From Myxococcales bacterium (GTDB lineage: Bacteria; Myxococcota_A; Polyangia; Haliangiales; Haliangiaceae): a DNA stretch of 64,000 nucleotides. The stretch is taken from contig JADJGV010000002.1 in the NCBI GenBank assembly GCA_016707895.1, positions 335,695-399,694 on the forward strand, in the 5' to 3' direction. Positions 1 to 9,737 of the stretch are shown piece by piece (the first letter of the stretch is position 1; the number at the start of each line of letters is the position of its first letter). The translations under genes and the position numbers were made by a program. Under the pieces are notes generated by a model. It had not been told where the DNA came from. It saw only the letters and a program-made list of their open reading frames with translations, and ran no database searches.

Positions 1-480
1 GACGACAAGATCGTCGCGCTGACCCCGATCGGCATCCCGAGCTCGGTCGGCGGCCTGGCGGTCGTGCCCGCCGGCCACCCCGGCGCCGGGCGCTGGAAGT
101 CGCTGTCGTATCCGTCGGGGCAGTGGTGCGAGTTCACGCTGACGCCCGACGCCACCGGCACCTACGACGTCTCGGCGCCGGTGCAGCGGCTGTCGCTGGT
201 CGGCGGCCCCGAGGGCATCGCCTACGTGCCGCTCGGTTCGCCGCTGTTCGCCAACCCCAGCGTCATCATCTCCGAGTACCAGGGCGGCCGGGTCGTGACC
301 TACGAGGTCGACGCGCTCGGCGATCCCATCGTCGCCACCCGCCGCGACCTGATCACCAGCCTGGCCGGCGCCGAGGGCGCCACCATCGATCCGGTGTCGG
401 GCGACTTCTTGTTCTCGACCTTCGGCGGCGGCAACCGCGTGCTGGTCGTCCGCGGCTTCCAGGCGAACAAGCGCCGCTGA
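1..480 (+). CDS. hypothetical secreted protein, C-terminal fragment (gene starts upstream of window)
   Basis: Frame 1 is open from position 1 and continuous with ORF 64..480. Protein-like composition (…GIAYVPLGSPLF…GDFLFSTFGGGNRVLVVRGF) with no family recognised. Confidence 0.45.
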   Translation, partial: DDKIVALTPIGIPSSVGGLAVVPAGHPGAGRWKSLSYPSGQWCEFTLTPDATGTYDVSAPVQRLSLVGGPEGIAYVPLGSPLFANPSVIISEYQGGRVVTYEVDALGDPIVATRRDLITSLAGAEGATIDPVSGDFLFSTFGGGNRVLVVRGFQANKRR

Positions 481-508
481 TCGCGCGCCGCCGCGGCGCC
501 GCCCCGGC

Positions 509-1339
509 TCACCCCGGCCAGTTCGCGCAGTCCTCGACGATCGACGCGTCGAACTTCACCGACCACTGGAAGATGAAGCCGTTGTCGACGCCCCAGCGAT
601 CCTCGACGCGCAGCGTCCAGTTGCCGTTGAGCGGGCAGCCGACGAACGCGCTCAGCGACTGCGACGACTGGTAGTCGCCCGCCGGCAGCTGCGAAGAGTT
701 GTTGGCGTCGGCGTACGGGATCCAGGGCAGGTTCGCCGCGGTCGGCGTCCAGCAGTAGTCCCAGCCCACGCCCGGCACCGGCGCGCCCTCGTCGAAGTCG
801 TTGGGCTGGCCGACGAACACCTCGCCGCCGGTGTGGCCGACGAAGTCCGACAGCATCACGCGGGTGCCGTTGGGACACTGCGCGTAGATGACCAGGTCGC
901 GCATCCACGAGTGCTCCATGTTCACGCACACGCCGAGCAGCTTGGAGACGTCGTTGAGGGTCTGGCCCTGGCTGAAGCCGGTGAAGTTGATCGAGTTCTC
1001 GAAGCCGGCGCACGGCTGGGTCTCGTCCTCGGGGCAGGCGCCGTCGGGCAGGTCGAGCGAGCCGGTCGCGGTCTCGAGCTGGCCGCAGTTCGGGTTCGAG
1101 CACGCGGGGTCCGCCGAGCAGTCCGCGTCGTCGCAGTCGCCGATGCTGTCGCAGTCGTCGTCGATGCCGTTGTTGCAGACCTCGGCGACCGGGTTCGCGC
1201 AGTTCGGGTTGTTGCCGCCGTCGGGGCCCGTGCCGTCGTCGTCGTCGTCGCCGCCGCCTGCCGCGGGCCCACAGGCCATGACCGCGACCGCGAACAGGGT
1301 TGCAGAGAGCTGGATGAGCGGAGCGCGGCTTGCCTTCAC
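509..1339 (-). CDS. lipoprotein with Cys/Asp-rich N-terminal region and proprotein-convertase P-domain-like C-terminal domain
   Basis: Signal peptide plus lipobox (MKASRAPLIQLSATLFAVAVMACG). N-terminus is Cys/Asp-rich (CNNGIDDDCDSIGDCDDADC). C-terminus (…DLVIYAQCPNGTRVMLSD…GNWTLRVEDRWGVDNGFIFQWSV) resembles a P-domain. Overlapping ORFs on either strand are off-frame Arg-rich artefacts. Confidence 0.6.
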   Translation of the reverse strand: MKASRAPLIQLSATLFAVAVMACGPAAGGGDDDDDGTGPDGGNNPNCANPVAEVCNNGIDDDCDSIGDCDDADCSADPACSNPNCGQLETATGSLDLPDGACPEDETQPCAGFENSINFTGFSQGQTLNDVSKLLGVCVNMEHSWMRDLVIYAQCPNGTRVMLSDFVGHTGGEVFVGQPNDFDEGAPVPGVGWDYCWTPTAANLPWIPYADANNSSQLPAGDYQSSQSLSAFVGCPLNGNWTLRVEDRWGVDNGFIFQWSVKFDASIVEDCANWPG

Positions 1340-1446
1340 GTGGGCCTCGGTAGGGTGAATGGGGCCGCGATGTCATCACAAAGGTCCGAATCTGCCTACC
1401 CCAAATGTAGGCCTCCCACGGCGCACCGCGTCGAACCCGGTCGACG

Positions 1447-1938
1447 TCACGCCGCGCGTGGCGGCGTGGCCGGCGGCGCCGCCCGGATCCCCGCGATCAT
1501 CAGCGCGCCGACGCCCATCACCACCCAGGCGTCGGCGACGTTCCACACCGGCCAGCGGTGCACGTGGATGAAGTCGACGACGTAGCCGCGCGCCAGGCGG
1601 TCGGCCAGGTTGCCGAGCGCGCCGGCCAGCACGAGCACGTAGCCGGCGACCTCGAGCGTGACCTGCCCGCGGCGCCGCCACAGCGCCCGACCCAGCAGGC
1701 CGAGCGCGACCAGCCCGCCGAGGACGATCACCGCGGTGCGCCCGGGCGCCGGCAGCACCCGCTCGAGGTTGAACGCGATGCCGTGGTTCTGGTGGTAGGC
1801 GAGGTCGACGCCGCGCACCACCGGGGTCGGGGCCTCGCCGCGCAGCTCGCGCTCGGCGCCCAGCTTGGTGGCGTGGTCGCAGCCGACCAGCAGCGTCAGG
1901 GCCAGGACCACGAGCCAGGACCAGCAGCGGGACCGCAT
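1447..1938 (-). CDS. lspA: lipoprotein signal peptidase II
   Basis: Internal ATG of ORF 1447..2196 (MRSRCWSWLVV…). Four TM segments and conserved LspA motifs (GNLADRLARGYVVDF, WPVWNVADA). Confidence 0.75.
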   Translation of the reverse strand: MRSRCWSWLVVLALTLLVGCDHATKLGAERELRGEAPTPVVRGVDLAYHQNHGIAFNLERVLPAPGRTAVIVLGGLVALGLLGRALWRRRGQVTLEVAGYVLVLAGALGNLADRLARGYVVDFIHVHRWPVWNVADAWVVMGVGALMIAGIRAAPPATPPRAA

Positions 1939-2038
1939 GCCTCGGGAACCGGTCGCGCCGCCGGCGCGATTCCCGGCCATCGCGCGCCAGCCATTACCGG
2001 CCGTCGTGACGAACGCGTGACCAACGGCGGGAGCCCCT

Positions 2039-4321
2039 GTGCGATGCTTCGCCTCCATGCGTCCCTTGCGGTCGTTGCTAGCCACGTGCCTGGTCACCTC
2101 GCTCGCCCTCGCCGCCTGCGGCGACGACGAGAAGCCGCCGTTCGACGTGCGGTCGTCGGTCGAGCAGCTCCACGTCACCCACGCGCCGCCGGCCACCGAG
2201 CTGGCGGTGTTCGATCACACCGGCGCCCAGGTCGCCGTCGGCACCACCGACGCGCTCGGCAGCCTGATCTTCCGCAAGCTGCCGCCCGGCGAGGGCTACG
2301 TCATCAAGACCACCACCGCGACGCCCGCGCTGGCGACCCGCGCGCTCGACGTGCTGTCGCTCGAGGGCAGCGCCAAGCCGCAGTCGTTCTACAGCGGCCA
2401 GAAGCTGACCAAGGGCTACCAGTACATCACCACCCGCGACGGCACGACGCTGTCGGCGTACATCACGTTCCCGGCCGGCCCGCCGCCGTACCCGACGGTG
2501 GTCAGCTACTCGGGCTACGAGCCGTCCAAGCCGGGCGAGCCGATCGGCGACGGCTCGCTGGCCGGGCTGTGCGACGGCCTGCCGGTGATCTGCGACGCGC
2601 CCAACGATCCGTCGTCGCTGATCTCGGGCCTGTTCCAGTACGCGACCGTCAACGTCAACATCCGCGGCACCGGCTGCTCGGGCGGCGCGTTCGACTTCTT
2701 CGAGACGATGCAGCTGCTCGACGGCTACGACGTGATCGAGGCCGTCGCGGCCCAGGACTGGGTGATGAACGGCAAGGTCGGCATGGTCGGCCTGTCGTAC
2801 CCCGGCATCACCCAGCTGTTCACCGCCTCGACCCAGCCGCCGCACCTGGCGGCGATCGCGCCGCTGTCGGTGATCGGCGCCGCCAACACCACGATGCTGC
2901 CCGGCGGCATCCTCAACGATGGCTTCGCGACCGCGTGGATCACCAACGTGATCTCGAAGGCCAAGCCCTACGGCCAGGGCTGGGAGCAGAGCCAGGTCGA
3001 CAAGGGCGACACGGTGTGCGCCGAGAACCAGCTCCTGCACGGCCAGTACATCGACAACGTCGAGCAGGCGCGCCAGGTCCGCTACTACGTGCCGGCCGAG
3101 CACGACCGCTACAACATCGCCACCTTCGCCGACAAGATCACGGTGCCGGTGTTCCTGTCGGCGGCGTGGCAGGACGAGCAGACCGGGCCGTTCTTCTTCA
3201 CGATGCTCGACAAGTTCGTCAACTCGCCGGCGGTGCGGATGAACACGTACAACGGCGTGCACATCGACGCCTACCAGCCCCAGGTCCTCGAGGAGTGGTA
3301 CACGTTCCTCGAGCTGTTCGTCGCGCAGCGCGTGCCGATCGACCGCCCGGTGTCGCGCGGCATCGCCCCGCAGCTCTACGATCAGGTGTTCGGGGTCCAG
3401 GACCTCGTCGTCGACGCCAGCCGGTTCAGCGGCGAGGCGAGCTACGAGGCCGCGGTGGCGCGGTGGAAGGCCGAGCCCAAGCTGCGCGCGCTGTTCGAGA
3501 GCGGCGCCGGCGGCCTGACCATCGGCGAGCCGGTGCCGACCTTCGAGCACTCGTTCACCGCGTGGCCGGCGCCGGGCACCACCGCGCTGCGGCTGTACGC
3601 CCAGCCCGACGGCTCGCTCGCCGCGACCGCGCCGACCGCGACCAGCGCGGCGTCGTCGTACACCTTCGATCCCGAGGCGGGCCGCAAGAGCATCCTGGCG
3701 CCGGGCGGCAACGTCTGGGACCTGCTGCCCGACTACACCTGGCCGCAGCCGGCCGCGGGCTCGGCGGTGGTGTTCGACAGCGCGCCGCTGGCCGCCGACA
3801 CGGTCATGTACGGCACCGCGTCGGTCGACCTGTGGCTGCGGTCGCCGGTCGACGACGCCGACCTCGAGGTCAACCTCACCGAGATCCGCCCCGACGGCCA
3901 GGAGGTCTACGTGCAGTCGGGCTGGATCCGCGCCAGCCTGCGCGGCAGCGCCCCGACCGCCACCGAGCTCGATCCGGCGCCGGCCTACACCGAGGCGCTG
4001 GCCGCGCCGCTGGTGCCGGGCACCTGGACCCAGGTCCGCGTCGGCACCGCCGGCATCCAGCACGCGTTCCGCGCCGGCTCGCGCGTCCGCGTCATGATCG
4101 ACACCCCCGGCGGCAGCCGCGCCGAGTGGTTCTTCGCCAACAAGCCGTGGCCGACCCCGCCGCGCTACGACATCGGCCACGACGCCGCGCACCCGTCGAG
4201 CGTCGCGCTGCCGGTGGTCAGCGGCATCACCGTGCCGCCGACGCTGCCGCCGTGCCCGTCGATGCGCGGCCAGCAGTGCCGCACCTACGCGCCGTACGCC
4301 AACACGCCCGCGACGCCGTGA
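2039..4321 (+). CDS. CocE/NonD-family (S15, X-Pro dipeptidyl-peptidase-like) alpha/beta hydrolase, lipoprotein
   Basis: Lipobox LALAAC. Nucleophile elbow GLSYPG. Long C-terminal beta-sandwich region typical of the CocE/NonD family. Alternative ATG start at 2057. Confidence 0.8.
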   Translation: MRCFASMRPLRSLLATCLVTSLALAACGDDEKPPFDVRSSVEQLHVTHAPPATELAVFDHTGAQVAVGTTDALGSLIFRKLPPGEGYVIKTTTATPALATRALDVLSLEGSAKPQSFYSGQKLTKGYQYITTRDGTTLSAYITFPAGPPPYPTVVSYSGYEPSKPGEPIGDGSLAGLCDGLPVICDAPNDPSSLISGLFQYATVNVNIRGTGCSGGAFDFFETMQLLDGYDVIEAVAAQDWVMNGKVGMVGLSYPGITQLFTASTQPPHLAAIAPLSVIGAANTTMLPGGILNDGFATAWITNVISKAKPYGQGWEQSQVDKGDTVCAENQLLHGQYIDNVEQARQVRYYVPAEHDRYNIATFADKITVPVFLSAAWQDEQTGPFFFTMLDKFVNSPAVRMNTYNGVHIDAYQPQVLEEWYTFLELFVAQRVPIDRPVSRGIAPQLYDQVFGVQDLVVDASRFSGEASYEAAVARWKAEPKLRALFESGAGGLTIGEPVPTFEHSFTAWPAPGTTALRLYAQPDGSLAATAPTATSAASSYTFDPEAGRKSILAPGGNVWDLLPDYTWPQPAAGSAVVFDSAPLAADTVMYGTASVDLWLRSPVDDADLEVNLTEIRPDGQEVYVQSGWIRASLRGSAPTATELDPAPAYTEALAAPLVPGTWTQVRVGTAGIQHAFRAGSRVRVMIDTPGGSRAEWFFANKPWPTPPRYDIGHDAAHPSSVALPVVSGITVPPTLPPCPSMRGQQCRTYAPYANTPATP

Positions 4322-4920
4322 CGAGCGACGAGCTGGCCACGTACCTGGCGCAAGAGCTCGCCGAGCTGCGCGCCGAGCTGCGCCGGGCCATGGCCTCGGC
4401 CGAGCGCGCCGAGCGGGTCGCGGTCGAGGTGGCGGCGTCGGTCGACACGCTGACCGAGATCCTGCGCACCCGCGGCCAGCTCGGCCCTGGGCACCTGCGG
4501 CTGCTGGAGCGGATCCGCAAGCACGTGCAGGTGACGGTCGCGCCGCCGCTGCGCCTCGAGTCGATGCCCGACAAGTACGCGATCGAGTCGACGCCGATCG
4601 ACTGCGCCAGCCGCATCCACCTGTGCCACGGGCGGTGCTGCGCGTACTCGATCTCGCTTTCCGAGCAGGACCTGCGCGAGGGCGAGCTCGAGTGGCGCAT
4701 CGACGAGCCGTACTACTTGCCGCATGGCCCCGAGGGCTACTGTAGCTACCAGGACCGCAGCGACGGCGGCTGCCGGGCCTACCAGCACCGGCCCGGGCAG
4801 TGCCGGCAGTACGACTGCCGCGAGGACGCCAACATCTGGATCGACTTCGAGGCCGGCGTCGCCGCGCCGCTGCGCCCCGGGCTGGTGCCGATCCGGCCGC
4901 GCCCGGCGCGTCAGGATTGA
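4318..4920 (+). CDS. YkgJ/UPF0153-type Cys-rich putative Fe-S/Zn-binding protein
   Basis: GTG start overlaps the stop of the upstream gene (GTGA). Cys cluster CASRIHLCHGRCCAY…C…C…C. The N-terminal part of the long ORF 1558..4920 is an antisense artefact. Confidence 0.55.
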   Translation: MTSDELATYLAQELAELRAELRRAMASAERAERVAVEVAASVDTLTEILRTRGQLGPGHLRLLERIRKHVQVTVAPPLRLESMPDKYAIESTPIDCASRIHLCHGRCCAYSISLSEQDLREGELEWRIDEPYYLPHGPEGYCSYQDRSDGGCRAYQHRPGQCRQYDCREDANIWIDFEAGVAAPLRPGLVPIRPRPARQD

Positions 4921-5070
4921 CCCGGCCGGGACCTGCGGGTCCCGGTGGCCGATGGTGTTCCCGCTAGTTGCGCCCGGCACAGCGGTTGCTGATGCTAGGT
5001 GAGGGGGCCGATCGTGCGTCCGCGGCGCCCACCACCTAACCCTGGACGCGCTTCTCGGGTCGGAGCCAGC

Positions 5071-5523
5071 ATGACCATCGTTCGTTCCTTCGTCCTCGCC
5101 GGACTCGCCCTCTCGCTCACCGCCTGCGTCGTGCGCACCCGCCCGGCCGGGCCGCGCGCCGCCGAGCGCCGCAACGACGTCCACGACGCCCGCGTCGAGG
5201 CCATGACCGGTTGGGACAAGCTCGGTGAGCGCTGGATCCACGGCGGCGTCGATCGCGACGTCATCCCCGTCGGGCGCGACGACGGCCGCTTCACCAAGAT
5301 CAAGCTCAAGGCCGAGCACAGCGCGCTCGAGCTGTTCGACGTGCAGGTGGTGTTCGCTGACGGCACCGCCTTCTCGCCCGGCACCCGCCTGGTGTTCGGC
5401 CAGGGCTCGTGGAGCCGCGACATCGATCTGCCCGGCGGTGGCCGCGCGATCCGCCGCGTCGAGTTCCGCTACGGCAACCTGCCGGGCGGCGGCAAGGCGC
5501 AGCTCGAGCTGTGGGCGCGCTGA
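5071..5523 (+). CDS. hypothetical lipoprotein
   Basis: Internal ATG of ORF 4999..5523 gives signal peptide and lipobox MTIVRSFVLAGLALSLTAC. Protein-like sequence with no family assigned. Confidence 0.5.
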   Translation: MTIVRSFVLAGLALSLTACVVRTRPAGPRAAERRNDVHDARVEAMTGWDKLGERWIHGGVDRDVIPVGRDDGRFTKIKLKAEHSALELFDVQVVFADGTAFSPGTRLVFGQGSWSRDIDLPGGGRAIRRVEFRYGNLPGGGKAQLELWAR

Positions 5524-5545
5524 TCGCGGCTACAATCGCGGCGTC

Positions 5546-6517
5546 GTGAAGAAGCCCCGCGCCGCGCCGCGGCCCACCGTCGACGCCCGGCTGGCGCAGC
5601 TCGCGGCCATGGAGCGCGGCGAGGCGCCGGTCGACCCAACGGTCGCGCGCGACGCGCTGGGCGGCAAGGTCGGGATCGTCGTGGCCGCGGCGGCGCGGCT
5701 GATCGGCGCCGGGGGGCTCGACGCGCTGATCGACGGTCTGGCGCCGGCGTTCGCGCGCCTGGTCGATGACGGCGTCGCACGCGATCCTGGCTGCCGCGGC
5801 AAGATCGCGATCGCCCGCGCGCTCGAGCAGCTCGATCGCTGGGACGACGCCGTGTTCCCGGTCGGCGTGCGGTTGGTCCAGGCCGAGCCGGTGTGGGGCG
5901 GGCGCGAGGACTCTGGCGCCGAGCTGCGCGCGGTGTGCGCCATGGCGTACGCCCACGCCTACCGCCCCGACGCGCTCGACGTGCTGGCCGATCTGCTCGC
6001 TGATCCCGAGCGCATGGCGCGGGTCGGCGCCGCCACCGCGCTCGGCGACGCCGGGCACGCCGACGCGACCGCGCTGCTCCGCTACAAGGTGCGCGTCGGC
6101 GATCCCGAGCCCGAGGTGATCGCCGCCTGCCTGGGTTCGTTGCTGACGCTGGCGCCCGAGCGGTCGTTGCCGCTGGTGGCCGGGCTGCTCGACGAGCGCG
6201 ACGACGATCGCGCCGCCGCCGCGGCGCTGGCGCTGGGCGAGAGCAAGCGCCCGAGCGCCGTGCCGCTGCTGATCGGCTGGTGCGAGCGCACGACGGCCGC
6301 GCTGCGCGCGCGGGTCGGCTACGTCGCGCTGGCGATGCTGCGCGACGCGGCGGCGGTCGATCACCTGCTCGCGGTGGTGGCGACCGCCGGCAAGGCCGAC
6401 GCGTTCGCGGCGATCGCCGCGCTGACGCCCTACGCCGCCGACGCGCGGCTGGCCGAGCGCCTGCGGGCCCACGCCGCGCAGCACCGCGATCCCGCGGTGC
6501 GCGCCGCCGCACCGTGA
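5546..6517 (+). CDS. HEAT/PBS-lyase-like repeat protein
   Basis: GTG start after the stop of the upstream gene. Repeated Ala/Leu-rich helical units (…RVGAATALGDAGHADATALLRY…AAAAALALGESKRPSAVPLLIGW…) typical of HEAT-like repeats. The upstream part of ORF 5225..6517 is off-frame noise. Confidence 0.5.
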   Translation: MKKPRAAPRPTVDARLAQLAAMERGEAPVDPTVARDALGGKVGIVVAAAARLIGAGGLDALIDGLAPAFARLVDDGVARDPGCRGKIAIARALEQLDRWDDAVFPVGVRLVQAEPVWGGREDSGAELRAVCAMAYAHAYRPDALDVLADLLADPERMARVGAATALGDAGHADATALLRYKVRVGDPEPEVIAACLGSLLTLAPERSLPLVAGLLDERDDDRAAAAALALGESKRPSAVPLLIGWCERTTAALRARVGYVALAMLRDAAAVDHLLAVVATAGKADAFAAIAALTPYAADARLAERLRAHAAQHRDPAVRAAAP

Positions 6518-6565
6518 GCTGGCATCGAACTTGATCTACCCGCGGCATCTCAACCGAGGTGCCGC

Positions 6566-7165
6566 ATGTCCCCCGTCTACTTCCTCCGTCGTTCCTCCCA
6601 CTTGTCCATCGCGCTCGGCGCGAGCCTGGTCGCCGTCGTTGCCACGCTGGCACTGGCCCCGTCGCGCGTGCGCCTCGCTGACGCGCGCGTCGTGGATGTG
6701 CCCGCGGTCGCCAGCCCCGCGTCGAGCGCCGCGCGCTGCGCCGGGTTGCCGCCGGCCGCGGCGCCGGTCCCGCCGGCCGCGCCACCGCTCGTCGCCGGCT
6801 GGGTCGGCTGGCCCGCGCTGGCTGGCATCACGCGCGTTGACGCCACGCACTTCACGCTGGCCCGCGACCTGATCGATCGCGCGCTCGCCGGTCCGGCGCA
6901 GCTGATCGGCGCGGCGCGCATCATGCCGTCGATCGCCGACGGCCAGCCGGTCGGCTTCAAGCTGTACGCGATGCGGCCCGGCTCGCCGCTCGCGGCGCTG
7001 GGCCTGGCCAACGGCGACACGCTGCGGGCGATCAACGGGATCGCGCTGACGTCACCGGACCGCGCGCTCGAGGCCTACACGCGCCTGCGCGCCGCCGATC
7101 GCCTCACGCTCGAGCTCACGCGCCGCGGCCAGCCGCTGACGCTGACCTACCAGATCGTCGACTGA
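6566..7165 (+). CDS. GspC-like PDZ-domain protein (N-terminal TM helix, Pro/Ala-rich linker, C-terminal PDZ)
   Basis: One TM helix, a PAAAPVPPAAPP linker and a C-terminal PDZ-like fold (QPVGFKLYAMRPGSPLAALGLANGDTLRAINGIAL). Architecture matches type II secretion GspC-like proteins. Confidence 0.55.
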   Translation: MSPVYFLRRSSHLSIALGASLVAVVATLALAPSRVRLADARVVDVPAVASPASSAARCAGLPPAAAPVPPAAPPLVAGWVGWPALAGITRVDATHFTLARDLIDRALAGPAQLIGAARIMPSIADGQPVGFKLYAMRPGSPLAALGLANGDTLRAINGIALTSPDRALEAYTRLRAADRLTLELTRRGQPLTLTYQIVD

Positions 7166-8132
7166 CGCGGGCCGGCACGGGCAGGCGCAGCGCGAACTGC
7201 GCGCGGTAGCGCGACGGCGCGGTGCCGACCGCGGCCCGGAACGCGAGCCGGAACGCCTGCGCGGTCGCGTAGCCGCACGCGGCGCTGACCTCGTCGAGCG
7301 ACAGCCGCGACGACTCGAGCAGGCGGCGCGCGTGGAGCATCCGCTCGCGCTGTAGCCACTGCTTGGGCGAGGTGCCGGTGGCGCGGCCGAAGCGGCGCAG
7401 GAACGTGCGCGGGCTCTGGTGGGCCCGGGCGGCCAGCTCGTCGACGCCGAGCGGCTGGTCGAGGTGGCGGCGCGCCCAGTCGAGCAGCGGCGCCAGCTCC
7501 GGCTCCCCCGGTGTGGGCACCGGGCCGTCGATGAACTGCCGCTGCCCACCGGCCCGGTGCGGCGACGCGACCACCCGCCGCGCGACGACGTTGGCGATGC
7601 GCGCGCCGTGGTCGCGGGTGATCAGGTGCAGGCCGGCGTCCAGCCCAGCGGCGCTGCCGGCCGACGTCAGGATCGGGCCGTCGTCGACGTAGAGCGCGTC
7701 GGGCGCGAGCGTGACCCGCGGGAACCGCGCCGCGAACTCGTCGACGTACAGCCAGTGCGTCGTCGCCCGACGGCCGTCGAGCAGGCCGCACGCCGCCAGC
7801 AAGAACGCGCCCGAGCAGATCGAGAAGAACCGCGCGCCTCGGGCGGCGGCGCGGCGCAGCGCCTGGGCCAGCCGCGGGGCCGGCGTCTCGTGGCGCCGCC
7901 AGCCCGGCAGGACGATCAGGTCGGCGCGATCGATGGCCGCCAGCCCGGCGCCCCGCACCACGACGCCGCCGAGCCCCCGCGCCGGCCGGGGCGCGTCGGC
8001 GTTGACGATCGTCGTCCGGTACCACGGCACGCCGAGGTCGGGGCGCGGCAACACGAACAGCTCGACCGCGATGCCGTACTCGAACGTGCACAGCTGGTCG
8101 TAGGCGAGGACGGCGACCCGGGGCGCGGCCAT
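7116..8132 (-). CDS. AraC-family transcriptional regulator with N-terminal DJ-1/PfpI (class I glutamine amidotransferase-like) domain
   Basis: N-terminal DJ-1/PfpI-like region including FFSICSGAFLLAACGLLDG. C-terminal AraC-type HTH (…SPRTFLRRFGRATGTSPKQWLQRERMLHARRLL…AQAFRLAFR…). FtrA-like architecture. The 3' end overlaps the upstream gene by ~50 nt. Confidence 0.8.
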   Translation of the reverse strand: MAAPRVAVLAYDQLCTFEYGIAVELFVLPRPDLGVPWYRTTIVNADAPRPARGLGGVVVRGAGLAAIDRADLIVLPGWRRHETPAPRLAQALRRAAARGARFFSICSGAFLLAACGLLDGRRATTHWLYVDEFAARFPRVTLAPDALYVDDGPILTSAGSAAGLDAGLHLITRDHGARIANVVARRVVASPHRAGGQRQFIDGPVPTPGEPELAPLLDWARRHLDQPLGVDELAARAHQSPRTFLRRFGRATGTSPKQWLQRERMLHARRLLESSRLSLDEVSAACGYATAQAFRLAFRAAVGTAPSRYRAQFALRLPVPARVSRRSGRSASAAGRGA

Positions 8133-8167
8133 GCGGCGATGCTAGCGCGCCCGGCGGCGGCGCACGG

Positions 8168-8211
8168 GCCGTGGCGAGAAGTTAGCGAACAATGTCGTAG
8201 CCGCCACGGCC
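8168..8211. promoter_or_regulatory. inverted repeat (10-bp arms GGCCGTGGCG/CGCCACGGCC) between the divergent AraC-family regulator and GST genes
   Basis: Seen directly in the intergenic region. Position is consistent with an operator for the divergent regulator. Confidence 0.3.
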
Positions 8212-8242
8212 GGTGTGGCGGCCGCGGCGCTACGGTGACGCC

Positions 8243-8932
8243 ATGCCCAACCTCCGCCTGTACGTCGGCAACCGCAACTACTCGAGCTGGTCGCTGCGCC
8301 CGTGGCTGTGCCTCACCTGGAGCGGCCTGGCCTTCGACACCGTCGACGTCGACCTCGATCAGCCCGGCTACGGCCACGGCCAGATCGCCGACGTGCTGGC
8401 GGTGTCGCCGACCGGCCGCATCCCGGCGCTCCACGTCGATGACCTGGTGATCTGGGACAGCCTGGCGATCGCCGAGTGGGCCGCCGAGGCGGCGCCGGCC
8501 GCCGGGCTGTGGCCGACCGACCCGGGGGCCCGGGCGATCGCGCGCGCGGTGACCGCCGAGATGCACGCCGGCTTCGCGCCGGTGCGCCGCGACCTGCCGA
8601 TGAACCTGCGCCGCCGGGCCCGCGCCACCGATCTGCCGCCCGAGACCCGCGCCGACATCGCGCGGATCGACGCGCTGTGGTGCGACGCGCGCGCGCGCTT
8701 CGGCGGCGCCGGGCCGTACCTGTTCGGCGCGCGCACCATCGCCGACGCGTTCTACGCCCCGGTCGCCACCCGCTTCCGCACCTACGCGATCGAGCTGTCG
8801 CCCAGCGCCGCCGCGTACCGCGATGCGCTGCTCGCCGACGACGGCGTCCGCGCGTGGGAGACCTCGGCCGCGGCCCAGCCGGCCACGCCGTTCAGCCACT
8901 CCGACGTCGACACCCGCCACCCCGACGCGTAG
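8243..8932 (+). CDS. glutathione S-transferase
   Basis: GST N-terminal thioredoxin-like fold (MPNLRLYVGNRNYSSWSLRPWL…) and C-terminal helical domain. Internal ATG of ORF 8213..8932. Confidence 0.75.
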   Translation: MPNLRLYVGNRNYSSWSLRPWLCLTWSGLAFDTVDVDLDQPGYGHGQIADVLAVSPTGRIPALHVDDLVIWDSLAIAEWAAEAAPAAGLWPTDPGARAIARAVTAEMHAGFAPVRRDLPMNLRRRARATDLPPETRADIARIDALWCDARARFGGAGPYLFGARTIADAFYAPVATRFRTYAIELSPSAAAYRDALLADDGVRAWETSAAAQPATPFSHSDVDTRHPDA

Positions 8933-8942
8933 CCCGCGCGCG

Positions 8943-9590
8943 CTACTTCGCGACGTAGCTGGTCTCGTTGGTCGTCGCGCCGGCGTCGAACCAGTTGCCC
9001 GAGGCGATGCCGCCGTCGGCGCCGAAGCACAGCTCCCAGCCGGCCTCGTCGCCCATCGCGAACGCGTAGCCGACGCACCAGCCGCCGTCCTTGGCCTTGG
9101 CCGAGACCATCTCGAGGCCGTCGCCGTTGTCCATGTCGCCGCTCTCCTGCTGGCGCTCGGCCGGGGTCGCGGCGATCAGCATCAGCTTGGGATCGAGCGG
9201 CGCGGCGTGGACCTCGTCCATCGACTTGCTGCCGTCGAAGTGCCACAGCCCGTCGGCGGTGGCGACCCAGTAGCCGGCCGGGGCGTAGCCGTCGCCCGCG
9301 ACGCGATCGCCGTCGGCGGTGCACTCGATCTTCGCCATCTGCTTGCCGTCCATCGCGTGGGCCATCGCGACCGTGCAGGTCATCGTGCCGGCCGGGCCGC
9401 TGGTCGGCGGGCCGATGTCGGGCGGCGGCTGGCTCTTGAAGGTCAGCGCGAAGGTCCAGGTCTTGCCCTGCTCGAACAGCGCCGCGTAGGGCGGGCCGCT
9501 GGCGGCGCCGCCGGTGTTGCCCGGCGTGGTCGTGGCGGCCTTGCCGCCGCACGCGGCGACGATCAGCAGGAGAGGCGCGAGGTGCTTCAT
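8943..9590 (-). CDS. hypothetical lipoprotein
   Basis: Lipobox MKHLAPLLLIVAACGG. Globular-looking sequence with no family assigned. Confidence 0.55.
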   Translation of the reverse strand: MKHLAPLLLIVAACGGKAATTTPGNTGGAASGPPYAALFEQGKTWTFALTFKSQPPPDIGPPTSGPAGTMTCTVAMAHAMDGKQMAKIECTADGDRVAGDGYAPAGYWVATADGLWHFDGSKSMDEVHAAPLDPKLMLIAATPAERQQESGDMDNGDGLEMVSAKAKDGGWCVGYAFAMGDEAGWELCFGADGGIASGNWFDAGATTNETSYVAK

Positions 9591-9737
9591 CCCGCGGTTC
9601 TATCACCGCCGCCGCCGGCGCGCGCGGCTCGGGGAAAGTCGGAGTAAGCAGCGCGCCGACCGTCGACGCCGGCCCGCCGACCGCCGCTCCGCACGCCGCG
9701 GTGGATCTGCGCCCGCCCGCGGGGCTAGCGTCTGGCC

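Noticed and set aside
300-1379. 359-aa minus-strand ORF and other ORFs over 509..1339 (833..1585 +, 922..1272 -)
   Set aside because: Arg/Pro-rich low-complexity translations. The in-frame lipoprotein 509..1339 (minus strand) has signal peptide, lipobox and P-domain.
1558-4920. 1120-aa plus-strand ORF and the overlapping 704-aa minus-strand ORF 2078..4192
   Set aside because: The translation is Arg/Ala/Gly/His-rich with no motifs. It overlaps the well-supported lspA and CocE/NonD genes in other frames. This is the typical high-GC antisense/off-frame artefact. Only the last 603 nt (4318..4920) are coding.
5306-6785. Minus-strand ORFs of 392 and 438 aa opposite the HEAT-repeat gene
   Set aside because: Extreme Arg/Pro/Ala composition with no start context. 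The plus-strand reading has repeat structure.
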